Virus record (IMG/VR): IMGVR_UViG_3300021431_000111
Coordinates: 13,555-77,554 of that record
Direction: 5' to 3' (one strand)
Length of the DNA stretch: 64,000 nt
DNA from: a virus
Lineage: Duplodnaviria; Caudoviricetes
Positions 28,165-38,045 of this stretch are shown here, in pieces. The position numbers were made by a program, and so were the translations under genes. The first letter of the stretch is position 1, and the number at the start of each line of letters is the position of its first letter. Below the pieces are notes generated by a model. That model did no database searches. It had not been told where the DNA came from and saw only the letters and a program-made list of their open reading frames with translations.

Positions 28165-31134
28165 ATGGATATTAATGGAGTTCAAATAATTGACATTGAT
28201 GAACCTGTAACAATTGGGATGAATGCTCCAATCGAAATAGGTGAACATTTACCAACAGGCACCGTATCTATTACCGAAAACGGAACACATAATGTTGGAG
28301 GGTATGCAAAAGCTGATGTGAATGTGGAACTTGATCCGCCGCCATTACAACCTAAAGCGGCTATGGCAAATAGATACAACGCCAAGTATGTAGAGCCCGA
28401 TGAAGGCTATTACGGACTTTCCGTAGTTTCAATACCGCCGATAAATCTAGAACATAAAGAAAACGTGTATCCAACCCAAAATGCGCAATACATATATCCT
28501 TCCGAACCGGAGCCAAAAGCGGATTTAGTTATGGGTAGCTGGGAGGATTTACCTTACACAACAGACATGGATTTGAGTTCATTGGAAAACGGTTCTAGTT
28601 ATGTGCTAAGTGTTTATATTATTGGGCGTCGAACAACAATCCGTGAAGTATTTCGATGGAATTCTTTAACCGGAGCGGGTGTAAAAATAGCAGATAATAG
28701 TTATATATATACGTTTATTTTAGCAAAAAATAACAAAATAACTATAGAATCATCTAATGAAACTGATAATGAACGTTTTTTTATAGATATTTATAAGTTT
28801 AATGAATATTATGTTGGCTTGGAAGGTGTTGAAGTTGAACCGATAAAATTGACGAACATTGATGTTTATCCTGCAACATCTTCTCAGATATATGGGTCTC
28901 CCGTCATAAATCCAATTCAATATATTATTTCGGAAGATACCACCATATCAGAACCATATAGTGTTACTATCGATGCGTCGCTTATGCCAATCGGAATGGA
29001 TTGCGAAATTTACGGATCTGGAGACCCTCCATCTGGTGGCGAGCTTGGGCGAGGTCTTGAAGCAAGATTCACAGTTCCGGAAACATACGGCGAATTAATA
29101 AAAACATTCACATTCGATCAGGATCAGCAAACAGTCACAATCGCTTTTTGGACGGATTCTTCGCATCACACGGTTACCGTTTCGCCTGGTGAATCAGCAA
29201 TATACGAACTTTTTATTTCCGAGTATGTAGCGGATGGATATCGTCGTGTATCTGTTGGAGCGATCAAAACCACTGACCTAATTGTTACTCCAACAAAGCA
29301 AAGCCAGACTTTTATTCCAGACGGCAGCGTTATTAGTAACATTATTACTGAGACAACCGTTATTTCTACGCCGTATACTGTTCAGATAGATGCTACTTTA
29401 ATGCCGGCTAATATGGACTGTTATATCTATGGCTCGTCCGCATCTGGTGGAGAAATAGATGACACCATCGCAAATAAAAACCGACGATTCAAAGTTCCTA
29501 GATCGACAGCCTCTGCGCAAGATAAAACAAAAACGTTTAGATTTCTCCAAACAGGTCGTATTGTGACGATCAATTTCTGGACTGATAGTACGCATCATAC
29601 AATAACAGTCGATGCTTCAGAGTATGAAATTTTTAAATTATATATACGAGAATACGGAAACGATGGCTATGACTACGTAACTGTCGATCCTATTCCAGAT
29701 GATTATATTGTTCCGTCGGGAACAAAATCTATTACAGCTAATGGAACCGGAATTGACGTTAGCAGTTATGCAAGTGTAGATGTTGCAGTACCATCTTCCG
29801 CTACCCTGACAACAAAAACAATCACGGTGAACGGAACCTACAATGCATCTTCCGATAATGCGGATGGTTACTCCGCCGTAATGGTTAACGTCTCCGGTGG
29901 AGGGGGCGGTACAGTAGATTCCGGTGTTATATTTATCGATTACGACGGAACAATTGTCGATTCTTATTCCGCATCAGAAGTTGCGAGTCTAACAGCACTT
30001 CCCGCAAATCCAACGCATAACGGGTTAACATCTCAGGGATGGAACTGGTCGTTGGCGGATATTAAAACATATTTTACGAATCATCCAAATGAAAAGTTAA
30101 CAGTCGGACAAATGTATGTAACGTCTGATGGGAAGACCAGAATTGAGATTGAGCTTACGGAAGGACGACTTTCTCCGTACCTATCCTTGGCAGTTGACGG
30201 GAATGTTTCAATTGATTGGGGCGACGGTTCAACTGATGTTATGACCGGGTCAAGTCTTACGGTACGGCTAAGTCAGCAACATGTTTATCAGTCGGCTGGC
30301 CAATATGTTATTACGATTGAAGTTACAAATGGCACGGCTGCTTTTTATAGTACATCGACCTATCCACTTTTAAATAAAAACAGTGGCGTAGCAAATGAAA
30401 ACAGAGTATATACTAATGCGGTTAAAAAAGCATATGTTGGAAGTAATATAAATATTGGAACTTATGCTTTTATGTATTGCTACTCTCTCACATCAATCAC
30501 AATACCTGACGGTATAACGAGTATTGGGAATAGTGCGTTTACTTCTTGCTACTCTCTTGCGTCAATTACAATACCTGACGGTGTAACGAGTATTGGGAGT
30601 AGCACATTTAGTAATTGCTACTCTCTTGCGTCAATTGCAATACCTGACCTTGTAACGAGTATTGGGAGTGGCGCATTTAATAATTGCTACCCTCTTGCGT
30701 CAATCACAATACCTGACGGTATAACGAGTATTGGGAGTAGCATGTTTGCTTCTTGCTATTGTCTCACATCAATTACAATACCTGACGGTGTAACGAGTAT
30801 CGGAAATAGCGCATTTGCTTCTTGCTATTGTCTCACATCAATTACAATACCTGACGGTGTAACGAGTATTGGAGCTTATCTGTTTACTGCTTGCTACTCT
30901 CTCACATCAATCACAATACCTGACGGTGTAACGAGTATTGGAAATAACGCATTTAGTACTTGCATAGGTGTTGCCGAATACCATTTTCAATCGGAAACAC
31001 CACCTACGCTCGGAACAACTGCATTTGCAAGTATTCCAAGCGATTGCATCATCTACGTTCCAAGCGCAAGTGTAGAAGCATACAAAGCAGCAGAAAACTG
31101 GAGCACTTACGCATCCCAGATACAAGGTGAATAA
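28165..31134 (+). CDS. Modular fibre/adhesin with C-terminal BspA-type (LRR_5) leucine-rich repeats
   Basis: Seven LxSITIPDGVTSIGxxAFxxC repeats, C-cap PPTLGTTAF…IYVP, shaft repeats and duplicated inserted domains. Confidence 0.85.
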   Translation: MDINGVQIIDIDEPVTIGMNAPIEIGEHLPTGTVSITENGTHNVGGYAKADVNVELDPPPLQPKAAMANRYNAKYVEPDEGYYGLSVVSIPPINLEHKENVYPTQNAQYIYPSEPEPKADLVMGSWEDLPYTTDMDLSSLENGSSYVLSVYIIGRRTTIREVFRWNSLTGAGVKIADNSYIYTFILAKNNKITIESSNETDNERFFIDIYKFNEYYVGLEGVEVEPIKLTNIDVYPATSSQIYGSPVINPIQYIISEDTTISEPYSVTIDASLMPIGMDCEIYGSGDPPSGGELGRGLEARFTVPETYGELIKTFTFDQDQQTVTIAFWTDSSHHTVTVSPGESAIYELFISEYVADGYRRVSVGAIKTTDLIVTPTKQSQTFIPDGSVISNIITETTVISTPYTVQIDATLMPANMDCYIYGSSASGGEIDDTIANKNRRFKVPRSTASAQDKTKTFRFLQTGRIVTINFWTDSTHHTITVDASEYEIFKLYIREYGNDGYDYVTVDPIPDDYIVPSGTKSITANGTGIDVSSYASVDVAVPSSATLTTKTITVNGTYNASSDNADGYSAVMVNVSGGGGGTVDSGVIFIDYDGTIVDSYSASEVASLTALPANPTHNGLTSQGWNWSLADIKTYFTNHPNEKLTVGQMYVTSDGKTRIEIELTEGRLSPYLSLAVDGNVSIDWGDGSTDVMTGSSLTVRLSQQHVYQSAGQYVITIEVTNGTAAFYSTSTYPLLNKNSGVANENRVYTNAVKKAYVGSNINIGTYAFMYCYSLTSITIPDGITSIGNSAFTSCYSLASITIPDGVTSIGSSTFSNCYSLASIAIPDLVTSIGSGAFNNCYPLASITIPDGITSIGSSMFASCYCLTSITIPDGVTSIGNSAFASCYCLTSITIPDGVTSIGAYLFTACYSLTSITIPDGVTSIGNNAFSTCIGVAEYHFQSETPPTLGTTAFASIPSDCIIYVPSASVEAYKAAENWSTYASQIQGE
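30481..30963 (+). repeat. Seven tandem 69-bp repeats encoding 23-aa LRR units
   Basis: Core ATACCTGAC(GG/CT)T(G/A)TAACGAGTAT in every unit, exact 69-nt period. Confidence 0.95.
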
Positions 31135-31178
31135 TCGTCTGGGCAACCAAATATAATAAAATGAATAAAAGGAGACAA

Positions 31179-32159
31179 ATGAAATTACAAATTTTAATAC
31201 CTCAGTACAAAGAGGCTGACGACGTGGTGAAGCCACTACTAGATAGTATTGAAATCCAACAGAATGTTAACATGAATGAAATCGGAGTTGTTATCGTAAA
31301 CGACGGTTCCGATATTCGTTTATCCGAAAAATTATTAAACAATTACTCGTACAAGATTGATTATATTTTAAACGAGCATAAAGGCGTCAGCGCTACAAGA
31401 AACGCTTGTCTCGATCATGCAACCGCAGACTACGTTATGTTCTGTGATGCTGACGACATGTTCTATAGTGTATGTGCCTTCTGGATTATTTTTAGAGAGA
31501 TTGATAGCAATCCATTTGATAGTATGACAACCCTATTCATTGAAGAAACGAGGAATCCTCAGACGAAAGAGCCGTTCTATATTAATCATGAGATGGACTC
31601 CACTTTTGTCCACGGTAAGGTTCATCGCAGGCAATATCTTATTGATAATAATATTAGATGGAATCCGAAACTTACGATTCATGAAGACAGTTTCTTCAAT
31701 ATTTTATGTGCAAACCTATCAACGAATGTAAAGTATTGTCAGACCCCATTATATTTATGGAAATGGCGAGACGAGAGCGTTTGCAGACATGATCCGAAGT
31801 ATATCCTTAAGACATATAAAAACATGATTGATAGTAACGATGCTTTAATTCAAGAATTCTTTAAGCGTAATGTCAATGACAAGGCATTGTTCTACATCGC
31901 TTTTATGATTTTTGACGCGTATTACACAATGAACAAACCTGATTGGATTAATCAGACTAATAAGAAGTATAGAAATTCAACTGAAAAGAGATTCGCTAAA
32001 TACTATAAGAAATATAAAAAGTATTGGGGTGCAATTCCAGATATGGACAAGATGCAGATTTCTCAAGGTATTAGAGGAAGAAGTGTCATGGAAGGAATGC
32101 AAATGGAAGCCATGACAGTTAATGAATGGTTATCACATATTGAAACATTAATAAAATAA
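31179..32159 (+). CDS. Glycosyltransferase family 2
   Basis: ILIPQY…IVNDGS…GVSATRN…YVMFCDADD (DxD), IHED; ATG 31179 follows AAGGAG. Confidence 0.9.
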   Translation: MKLQILIPQYKEADDVVKPLLDSIEIQQNVNMNEIGVVIVNDGSDIRLSEKLLNNYSYKIDYILNEHKGVSATRNACLDHATADYVMFCDADDMFYSVCAFWIIFREIDSNPFDSMTTLFIEETRNPQTKEPFYINHEMDSTFVHGKVHRRQYLIDNNIRWNPKLTIHEDSFFNILCANLSTNVKYCQTPLYLWKWRDESVCRHDPKYILKTYKNMIDSNDALIQEFFKRNVNDKALFYIAFMIFDAYYTMNKPDWINQTNKKYRNSTEKRFAKYYKKYKKYWGAIPDMDKMQISQGIRGRSVMEGMQMEAMTVNEWLSHIETLIK

Positions 32160-32172
32160 TAATTTTAACAAC

Positions 32173-33678
32173 ATGAAAGGAGTGCTGCTCGATATGAATA
32201 TTAATAATCCGATCAGCGTAAGCGTAGATATTGACAATGTGGTAAGCGCAACTATTACTACACCAATTACAGTCGGGCAGCATGCTCCATCCGGCACGAT
32301 CAATATTACAGAAAACGGGTTGCATCCCGTTGCTGGATATGCAAAAGCGGATGTAAATATTTCCATACCGTCTGAATACATTCAATTAATGGATTATTTT
32401 CAAGGGCAGAGATCGTCATATTTAAGTAATAGTATCTTGCAATCAATCGGAGACGATGCGTTTATTTTTGATGAGGTGCTTCAAAGCGTATATCTCCCAA
32501 ACGTTACTAACATTGGCGTTTGCGCATTTTCGGGATGCACTTCTCTAGCAAGCATTAACATCCCCAAGGTCAGCCATTTGGGTCATGGCGCTTTTATGGA
32601 CACAGCACTTTCCAATTTAAATATATCAAATGATATAACTATTGACAATTTTTGTTTTCAGTACTCTAATCTTGAAAGCGCAGCATTTCCTAATGCAACA
32701 TATATTGGAGATTCGGCGTTTGGGTATTGTTATAATTTAAAAAGTATTTATATTCCAAAAATAAGTAGCATAGAATCGTGGGTTTTTAGCAATTGCGGAT
32801 TTATATCGGTAGATTTTTCGAATATCAACTATGTCGGATACGGCGCCTTTTCTAATTGCGCAAATTTGACTGACGTAAATCTTCCTAACGCCACAACTAT
32901 TTATTCATGCGCTTTTGAAAATGATAGGAGTCTGGAAAACGTCAACATACCTAAAGCGACAAGCATAGGTAACGCGGCTTTTTCTTACTGCACATCGCTA
33001 TCCAACATTAATGCCATAAACGTAGCTTATATTGGTAATTCCGCATTTAATTCATGTGCTATCGAAAGCATTAATATGCCAAGCGCAACCTACATAGGAG
33101 ACAACGCATTTGGCTTTTGTCAAAAATTAACGAGCATCAATTTTCCAATTGCGAGTTATGCAGGTCAATATGCGTTCTACAATTGTAATACTTTAACATT
33201 TGCAAATCTCCCGATTGTTGAAAAAGTTACGTATTATATGTTTAATCGTTGCTTTCACCTGACGTCTGTTAATTTACCAGAAGCAAGTCTTGTTGGTCAA
33301 TACGCGTTTGCATCTTGTTCTTCATTAGCGTCGATTAATCTTCCGGCGACTACGTCAATATCGTCTTACGCATTTACTTATTGTATAGAATTAACGACTG
33401 CAAGTTTTCCAGCTGTAAGTTATATAGGGAATTACGCGTTTTCTCACTGTTACGTACTTAAAAGCTTATATTTATTAGGAAGCATTGTAGCTAGCCTAGG
33501 TGGCAGTAACGTATTCTCTTCAACTCCTTACGTATCACCAAAGAGTGGAACTTACGGCAGTATATTTGTTCCGCAAAGTTTATATGATGCATATATATCG
33601 GCAAAATATTGGAGTGCGTTTTCATCCCGGTTTGTAAGCTTAACTGACGCGGAAATAGAATTAATCAGGAATGAATAG
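32173..33678 (+). CDS. Second BspA-type LRR fibre/adhesin
   Basis: Many LxxxxxPxxxxIGxxAFxxC repeats; N-terminus homologous to that of 28165. Confidence 0.85.
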   Translation: MKGVLLDMNINNPISVSVDIDNVVSATITTPITVGQHAPSGTINITENGLHPVAGYAKADVNISIPSEYIQLMDYFQGQRSSYLSNSILQSIGDDAFIFDEVLQSVYLPNVTNIGVCAFSGCTSLASINIPKVSHLGHGAFMDTALSNLNISNDITIDNFCFQYSNLESAAFPNATYIGDSAFGYCYNLKSIYIPKISSIESWVFSNCGFISVDFSNINYVGYGAFSNCANLTDVNLPNATTIYSCAFENDRSLENVNIPKATSIGNAAFSYCTSLSNINAINVAYIGNSAFNSCAIESINMPSATYIGDNAFGFCQKLTSINFPIASYAGQYAFYNCNTLTFANLPIVEKVTYYMFNRCFHLTSVNLPEASLVGQYAFASCSSLASINLPATTSISSYAFTYCIELTTASFPAVSYIGNYAFSHCYVLKSLYLLGSIVASLGGSNVFSSTPYVSPKSGTYGSIFVPQSLYDAYISAKYWSAFSSRFVSLTDAEIELIRNE

Positions 33679-33733
33679 AAATAAATATTTTTTATATTAC
33701 TAAATAACAAAACACGTCAAAGGAGGGGGACGA

Positions 33734-34057
33734 ATGTATAGAGGAACTACTCCCACGTATACATTTAAAACGCCAGAAGATCTCGATTTGTCACAAATGG
33801 AAAAAGTATACATAACATTTTCTAAAAAAAGTGGCAGAGAAATAATAACTAAAACTAATGACGACCTTGTTTTCGAAGATGGCGTTGTAAAAGTAAGATT
33901 AACACAAGAAGAGTCCTTAAGTTTTCCAGAAGGAATTGCCTTAGTACAGCTTAACTGGCTTTTTCGGAACGAAAACGACGAGCTTGATAGGGCATGCTCG
34001 AATATATTAAATATTAAAACTTATAATAATTTAAAGGACGAAATCTTGGAGTTATGA
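33734..34057 (+). CDS. BppU N-terminal-like adaptor, copy 2
   Basis: MYRGTTPTYTF…; paralogue of 27815-28162. Confidence 0.65.
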   Translation: MYRGTTPTYTFKTPEDLDLSQMEKVYITFSKKSGREIITKTNDDLVFEDGVVKVRLTQEESLSFPEGIALVQLNWLFRNENDELDRACSNILNIKTYNNLKDEILEL

Positions 34058-34058
34058 A

Positions 34059-34508
34059 ATGTATAATCATTACAAAAAATATCTAGATATGAAAAGCTGC
34101 CCTATCAAATGCGGGTCGTTATGCGATTTAACTAAAGACATTAGCGTAGAAAACGAAGTTGCTAATATTTCTATAGCAAGCGATAACTTTGTCGAAGACG
34201 TAGCTATCGCTGAGTCCGTTATACAAAATGTAGTACCTGACGGAACTGAGAATGACAATATTGTTGATGTTGCAATGACGGACGATACGACCGTTGACGT
34301 CATTATAGACGAATCAATTTTAATTAATGTTATTCATGATGCAGACGAGTATGATGGCCCTTATGTAGTCGATCCGCATACCAAGAATGATGTAGTTCTT
34401 AATACAAATAATAAAGTAATGAAGCGCGACGTCACTGTAAAAAAGATAGCATACTTCGAAACTCACAATGATTTTGGTGAAACAATTTATATAGGATCGG
34501 AGATTTAA
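34059..34508 (+). CDS. Tail fibre shaft-like protein
   Basis: YDGPYVVDP…DVTVKKIAY shaft-type motif. Confidence 0.55.
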   Translation: MYNHYKKYLDMKSCPIKCGSLCDLTKDISVENEVANISIASDNFVEDVAIAESVIQNVVPDGTENDNIVDVAMTDDTTVDVIIDESILINVIHDADEYDGPYVVDPHTKNDVVLNTNNKVMKRDVTVKKIAYFETHNDFGETIYIGSEI

Positions 34509-34509
34509 A

Positions 34510-35079
34510 ATGGCAAAGAATAAAATTATTTACGGCGGCAATGTATTGATTGACTTAACAGATGCTACAGCTGTTGCCGCTGACGTAGCATCTGGCAAGT
34601 ATTTTTACGGCAAAGACGGTGTTAAGACCGAAGGAACGAACACATACGATGCAGATACTTCCGACGCAAATGCTGTCGCAGCAGAGATTCTCTCCGGCAG
34701 AACTGCATATGCAAATGGTTCTAAAGTTACTGGTGATATGACCAATAACGGAGCTGTATCAGGGACAATTTCAACGAAAGATGGAGTATACACCGTACCA
34801 AACGGCTATCATGATGGGTCTGGTACTGTACAAATCTCTTCAACGGAACAGGCAAAAATAATTGCTGCAAATATTAAGAGTGGCGTTGAGATACTTGGTG
34901 TAGAGGGAACGTATACTGGTGAAGCAATCACAGCTCAGGCTAAGAGTGCTACTCCAATGACATTTCAGCAGACGGTTTTACCTGACGACGGATATGATTA
35001 CCTTTCTCAGGTTACAATAGCTGCAATTCCATATACTGAAACAGCTAACGCATATGGCACCACGGTTACAATAGGGTAG
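34510..35079 (+). CDS. Tail fibre shaft-like protein
   Basis: IDLTDATA.AADV…, YTVPNGYHDGSG, NIKSGVEILGVEG, PDDGYDYLSQVT motifs. Confidence 0.65.
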   Translation: MAKNKIIYGGNVLIDLTDATAVAADVASGKYFYGKDGVKTEGTNTYDADTSDANAVAAEILSGRTAYANGSKVTGDMTNNGAVSGTISTKDGVYTVPNGYHDGSGTVQISSTEQAKIIAANIKSGVEILGVEGTYTGEAITAQAKSATPMTFQQTVLPDDGYDYLSQVTIAAIPYTETANAYGTTVTIG

Positions 35080-35089
35080 GTGATTATGG

Positions 35090-35302
35090 TTGGCAGAGAA
35101 TAAAGTTATATTTGGGAATAATGTTATTATCGATTTAACTGATACCACTGCTCTAGCGTCCGACGTTAGCAGTGGTAGTTATTTTTACGGAAGAGATGGT
35201 GTAAGAACTCAGGGAACCTTAGAGTTCATTACATATTACACAGGAACGTCTGAACCAAGCACTTCTCTTGGTAAAGACGGAGATATCTACTTACAGAGTT
35301 AA
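35090..35302 (+). CDS. Short paralogue of the 34510 N-terminus with a G.DGDIY fibre motif
   Basis: TTG start 6 nt after GGTGA; NKVIFGNNVIIDLTDTTA vs NKIIYGGNVLIDLTDATA. Confidence 0.6.
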   Translation: MAENKVIFGNNVIIDLTDTTALASDVSSGSYFYGRDGVRTQGTLEFITYYTGTSEPSTSLGKDGDIYLQS

Positions 35303-35313
35303 AAGGAGTACAT

Positions 35314-37698
35314 ATGTCAAGACAAATTGATGTGCAAGATAGTGTAACAATCTACCCATCTGACTACGATAGCTCTAATTCAAGTTATTCGAGCGTAAGT
35401 AGTAGTTATCCAATTAGTAATGGTTATGATAGCTCAAGCTCTACCGATTATGCTTATATTACTTGCAGAACGGGCTCTGGAGCGGCATCTTATATTTCGT
35501 ACACATTTAACGTTTCTGGCGTGCCAGAAGAAGCAACGATTGATTCTGTTTCTTGCACAGTCAAATCAAGAGTAAGTTCGACCTCATATCTGACATCATC
35601 TACGATCCAGTTATATTCTGGATCGACCGCGAAAGGCAGATCAACTTCTGCTGCTTCCACTTCTGCCACTGCTCGATCAATCAGCAACACAGGAAGTTGG
35701 ACGAGATCAGAGCTTGACAATATTCAGGTAAGACTTACCGGAACGAGAGGTACGAGCAACACTAATAGAGCTGCATACTTATATTTTTATGGTGCTGATC
35801 TAACGATTAACTATTCCATTAGCGGAATTGCTTACACAGTAACAGCAACATCGACAGTGAGTAGCGCTACCGCATCTCCTTCAACTCAGGAACTAATGGC
35901 GGGAGAAACAGCCATTGTAAGAATCGATGCAAAAGATTTAACAGGCTTGTTAGTTACTGATAACGACACGGATATTACGGAACAATTAGAGCAACATCTA
36001 TTGCCGACTGGTGGAGAACTAGAAAAATATCCTGAGTCTTACACAACTTCTGGCATACAGAGCGGTGAACAATATGCCGCATATTGCATTGGACATAGCG
36101 CGGAAGATCCATATAGTTCGTCTAGTAATATGTACGCTTCCAGAAATGAAAATGGATATACAGAGTATTCGTTCGACTTTAGTGATATCCCTGAAAATGC
36201 GACAATAACAAATGTCAGTATTACGGTAAACGGTCATCGAGAAAGTTCGACTGTGAGTAGTACTTATGTATCACGAGTACAAGCTTATTCTGGATCGTCT
36301 GCAAAGGGTGAGTACTACGAATTTTCCAGCACTTCAAATGAAACGCATACCTTAGAGAATACAGGAAGCTGGACTAGATCAGAACTTCAAAATGCGAAGT
36401 TAAGACACACCGTTGGATATTATGGAGGACTCGTCTGCGGTGTTACTTGGTCAGTAACATATGATGTTCCGTCAACCGGAAACTTATATTATTGGACTTA
36501 CACGATAACAAACATTGGCGTCGATCACACGATTCTTATTGATGAATCCGGGCCATTTATACCGCCAGATGAAGATCCTGATTACACTTATTATCCTATC
36601 ACAATCTCAAGTATTAACGCCAAAACAACTCCTGGTACAGGAACAGAGAGAGTTCAGGAGGGGACAGATCATGTAGTGACAATCGAACCGCTCGATCCTA
36701 AGTTGACATTAGCTCTTGACAATGGCGTTGATATTTCAGATCAGCTGGTTCATTTACCTCCGTCTAATACATACACGATTACGCCCAAGGTATCTGGTGC
36801 TGACTATGGTTTTAATCTTAATAGCTCTAGTGGATATTATGTATCCACAAACAATGGTGTAAGTAAATCTGCATCAGTTGCTAGATTAAATATGGACTTT
36901 GAAAGTGATTGTTTAGTTACTATCACCTATATTAATTATGCGGAAGCCAATTATGATTATGGTCTGTTTGGAAAATTAGATACTACAGTATCTACAGATG
37001 GACTGACTGCATCTAGCGGAGGTTCTGTCCCTTCTGATAGTACGTCTAATTATCAACTTGCGATGTGTTCGAACAGCGCAAGTCAACAAACAATTACATA
37101 CGAAGTCCCGGCCGGACAACACTATATCGATATAAAATATGGCAAGGACGACGCGTCTGATGATGGAAATGACAGTCTCCAGTGGAAAGTAACAAGTGTT
37201 GAGGCCTCTTCGGCCGGAGGATCCTATACATATACTTTAAATAATATTGCACAAAAACATAGCCTCGTATTTATTTTTGGTGACGTTGAATACTATTTCG
37301 TAACGTCTAGCGGATCAAACATAAAACTTTACCCAGACGGTCAAAGCGTGTTGTTGGCTGGTTACGATTATCGTTTGTTGATTGTTCCTGATGATGCGAA
37401 TGCAAAAGTAACATTAACTGATAACAATGTTGATAAAACCAACCTTCTTCAGTACGAAGAAGCTACAGACAAATCTGGTAAGAAGATTGTTAATTATGTA
37501 TATGAGTTAACAAATGTTACTGCGCAGCACACAATCGTAGTTAAGTGTGGAATCTCACAACATTTGTTTTTTAAAGTTAGCGGATCATGGAGAGAAGCTA
37601 ACAAAGTTTATAAAAAGGTAAATGGAAGTTGGGTCATACAAACAGATCTTGCATCTGTGTTTAATAATTCAACAAATTATAAAGCAGTAATTGAATAG
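35314..37698 (+). CDS. Ser/Thr-rich multidomain virion adhesin
   Basis: Duplicated YSGS.AKG…NTGSWTRSEL domain, three Ig-like linker repeats, C-terminal KV.GSW repeats. Confidence 0.7.
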   Translation: MSRQIDVQDSVTIYPSDYDSSNSSYSSVSSSYPISNGYDSSSSTDYAYITCRTGSGAASYISYTFNVSGVPEEATIDSVSCTVKSRVSSTSYLTSSTIQLYSGSTAKGRSTSAASTSATARSISNTGSWTRSELDNIQVRLTGTRGTSNTNRAAYLYFYGADLTINYSISGIAYTVTATSTVSSATASPSTQELMAGETAIVRIDAKDLTGLLVTDNDTDITEQLEQHLLPTGGELEKYPESYTTSGIQSGEQYAAYCIGHSAEDPYSSSSNMYASRNENGYTEYSFDFSDIPENATITNVSITVNGHRESSTVSSTYVSRVQAYSGSSAKGEYYEFSSTSNETHTLENTGSWTRSELQNAKLRHTVGYYGGLVCGVTWSVTYDVPSTGNLYYWTYTITNIGVDHTILIDESGPFIPPDEDPDYTYYPITISSINAKTTPGTGTERVQEGTDHVVTIEPLDPKLTLALDNGVDISDQLVHLPPSNTYTITPKVSGADYGFNLNSSSGYYVSTNNGVSKSASVARLNMDFESDCLVTITYINYAEANYDYGLFGKLDTTVSTDGLTASSGGSVPSDSTSNYQLAMCSNSASQQTITYEVPAGQHYIDIKYGKDDASDDGNDSLQWKVTSVEASSAGGSYTYTLNNIAQKHSLVFIFGDVEYYFVTSSGSNIKLYPDGQSVLLAGYDYRLLIVPDDANAKVTLTDNNVDKTNLLQYEEATDKSGKKIVNYVYELTNVTAQHTIVVKCGISQHLFFKVSGSWREANKVYKKVNGSWVIQTDLASVFNNSTNYKAVIE

Positions 37699-37754
37699 TT
37701 TAAATAAATGCAATATATATAACAGGTTTTTATAAAGGAAGGATAAATTTAGTA

Positions 37755-38012
37755 ATGATTAATTTAAAGTTAAGACTTAAAAATAAAACAACTTTAGTTA
37801 CGATGGTTCTAGCAGTTATATCTTTTGTTTATATGGTATTAGATACGATCGGTATTGTTCCAAAATTTGACCAGGATATGATTATTAAAATTGCGCTTGG
37901 ATTAATCGACCTGCTCGCTATCCTTGGAATTATTGTTGACCCAACGACAGATGGAATTACTGATAGCGCAAGAGCCATGACATACGAAGTGCCATATAAC
38001 GACAATATATAA
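37755..38012 (+). CDS. Holin (phiLC3-like)
   Basis: MINLKLRLKNK start, two TM helices, LGIIVDPTT.GI.DS.RA..Y..P motif. Confidence 0.88.
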   Translation: MINLKLRLKNKTTLVTMVLAVISFVYMVLDTIGIVPKFDQDMIIKIALGLIDLLAILGIIVDPTTDGITDSARAMTYEVPYNDNI

Positions 38013-38045
38013 AAGCATAGTTTTATTTATATTGGAGTAGGACAT

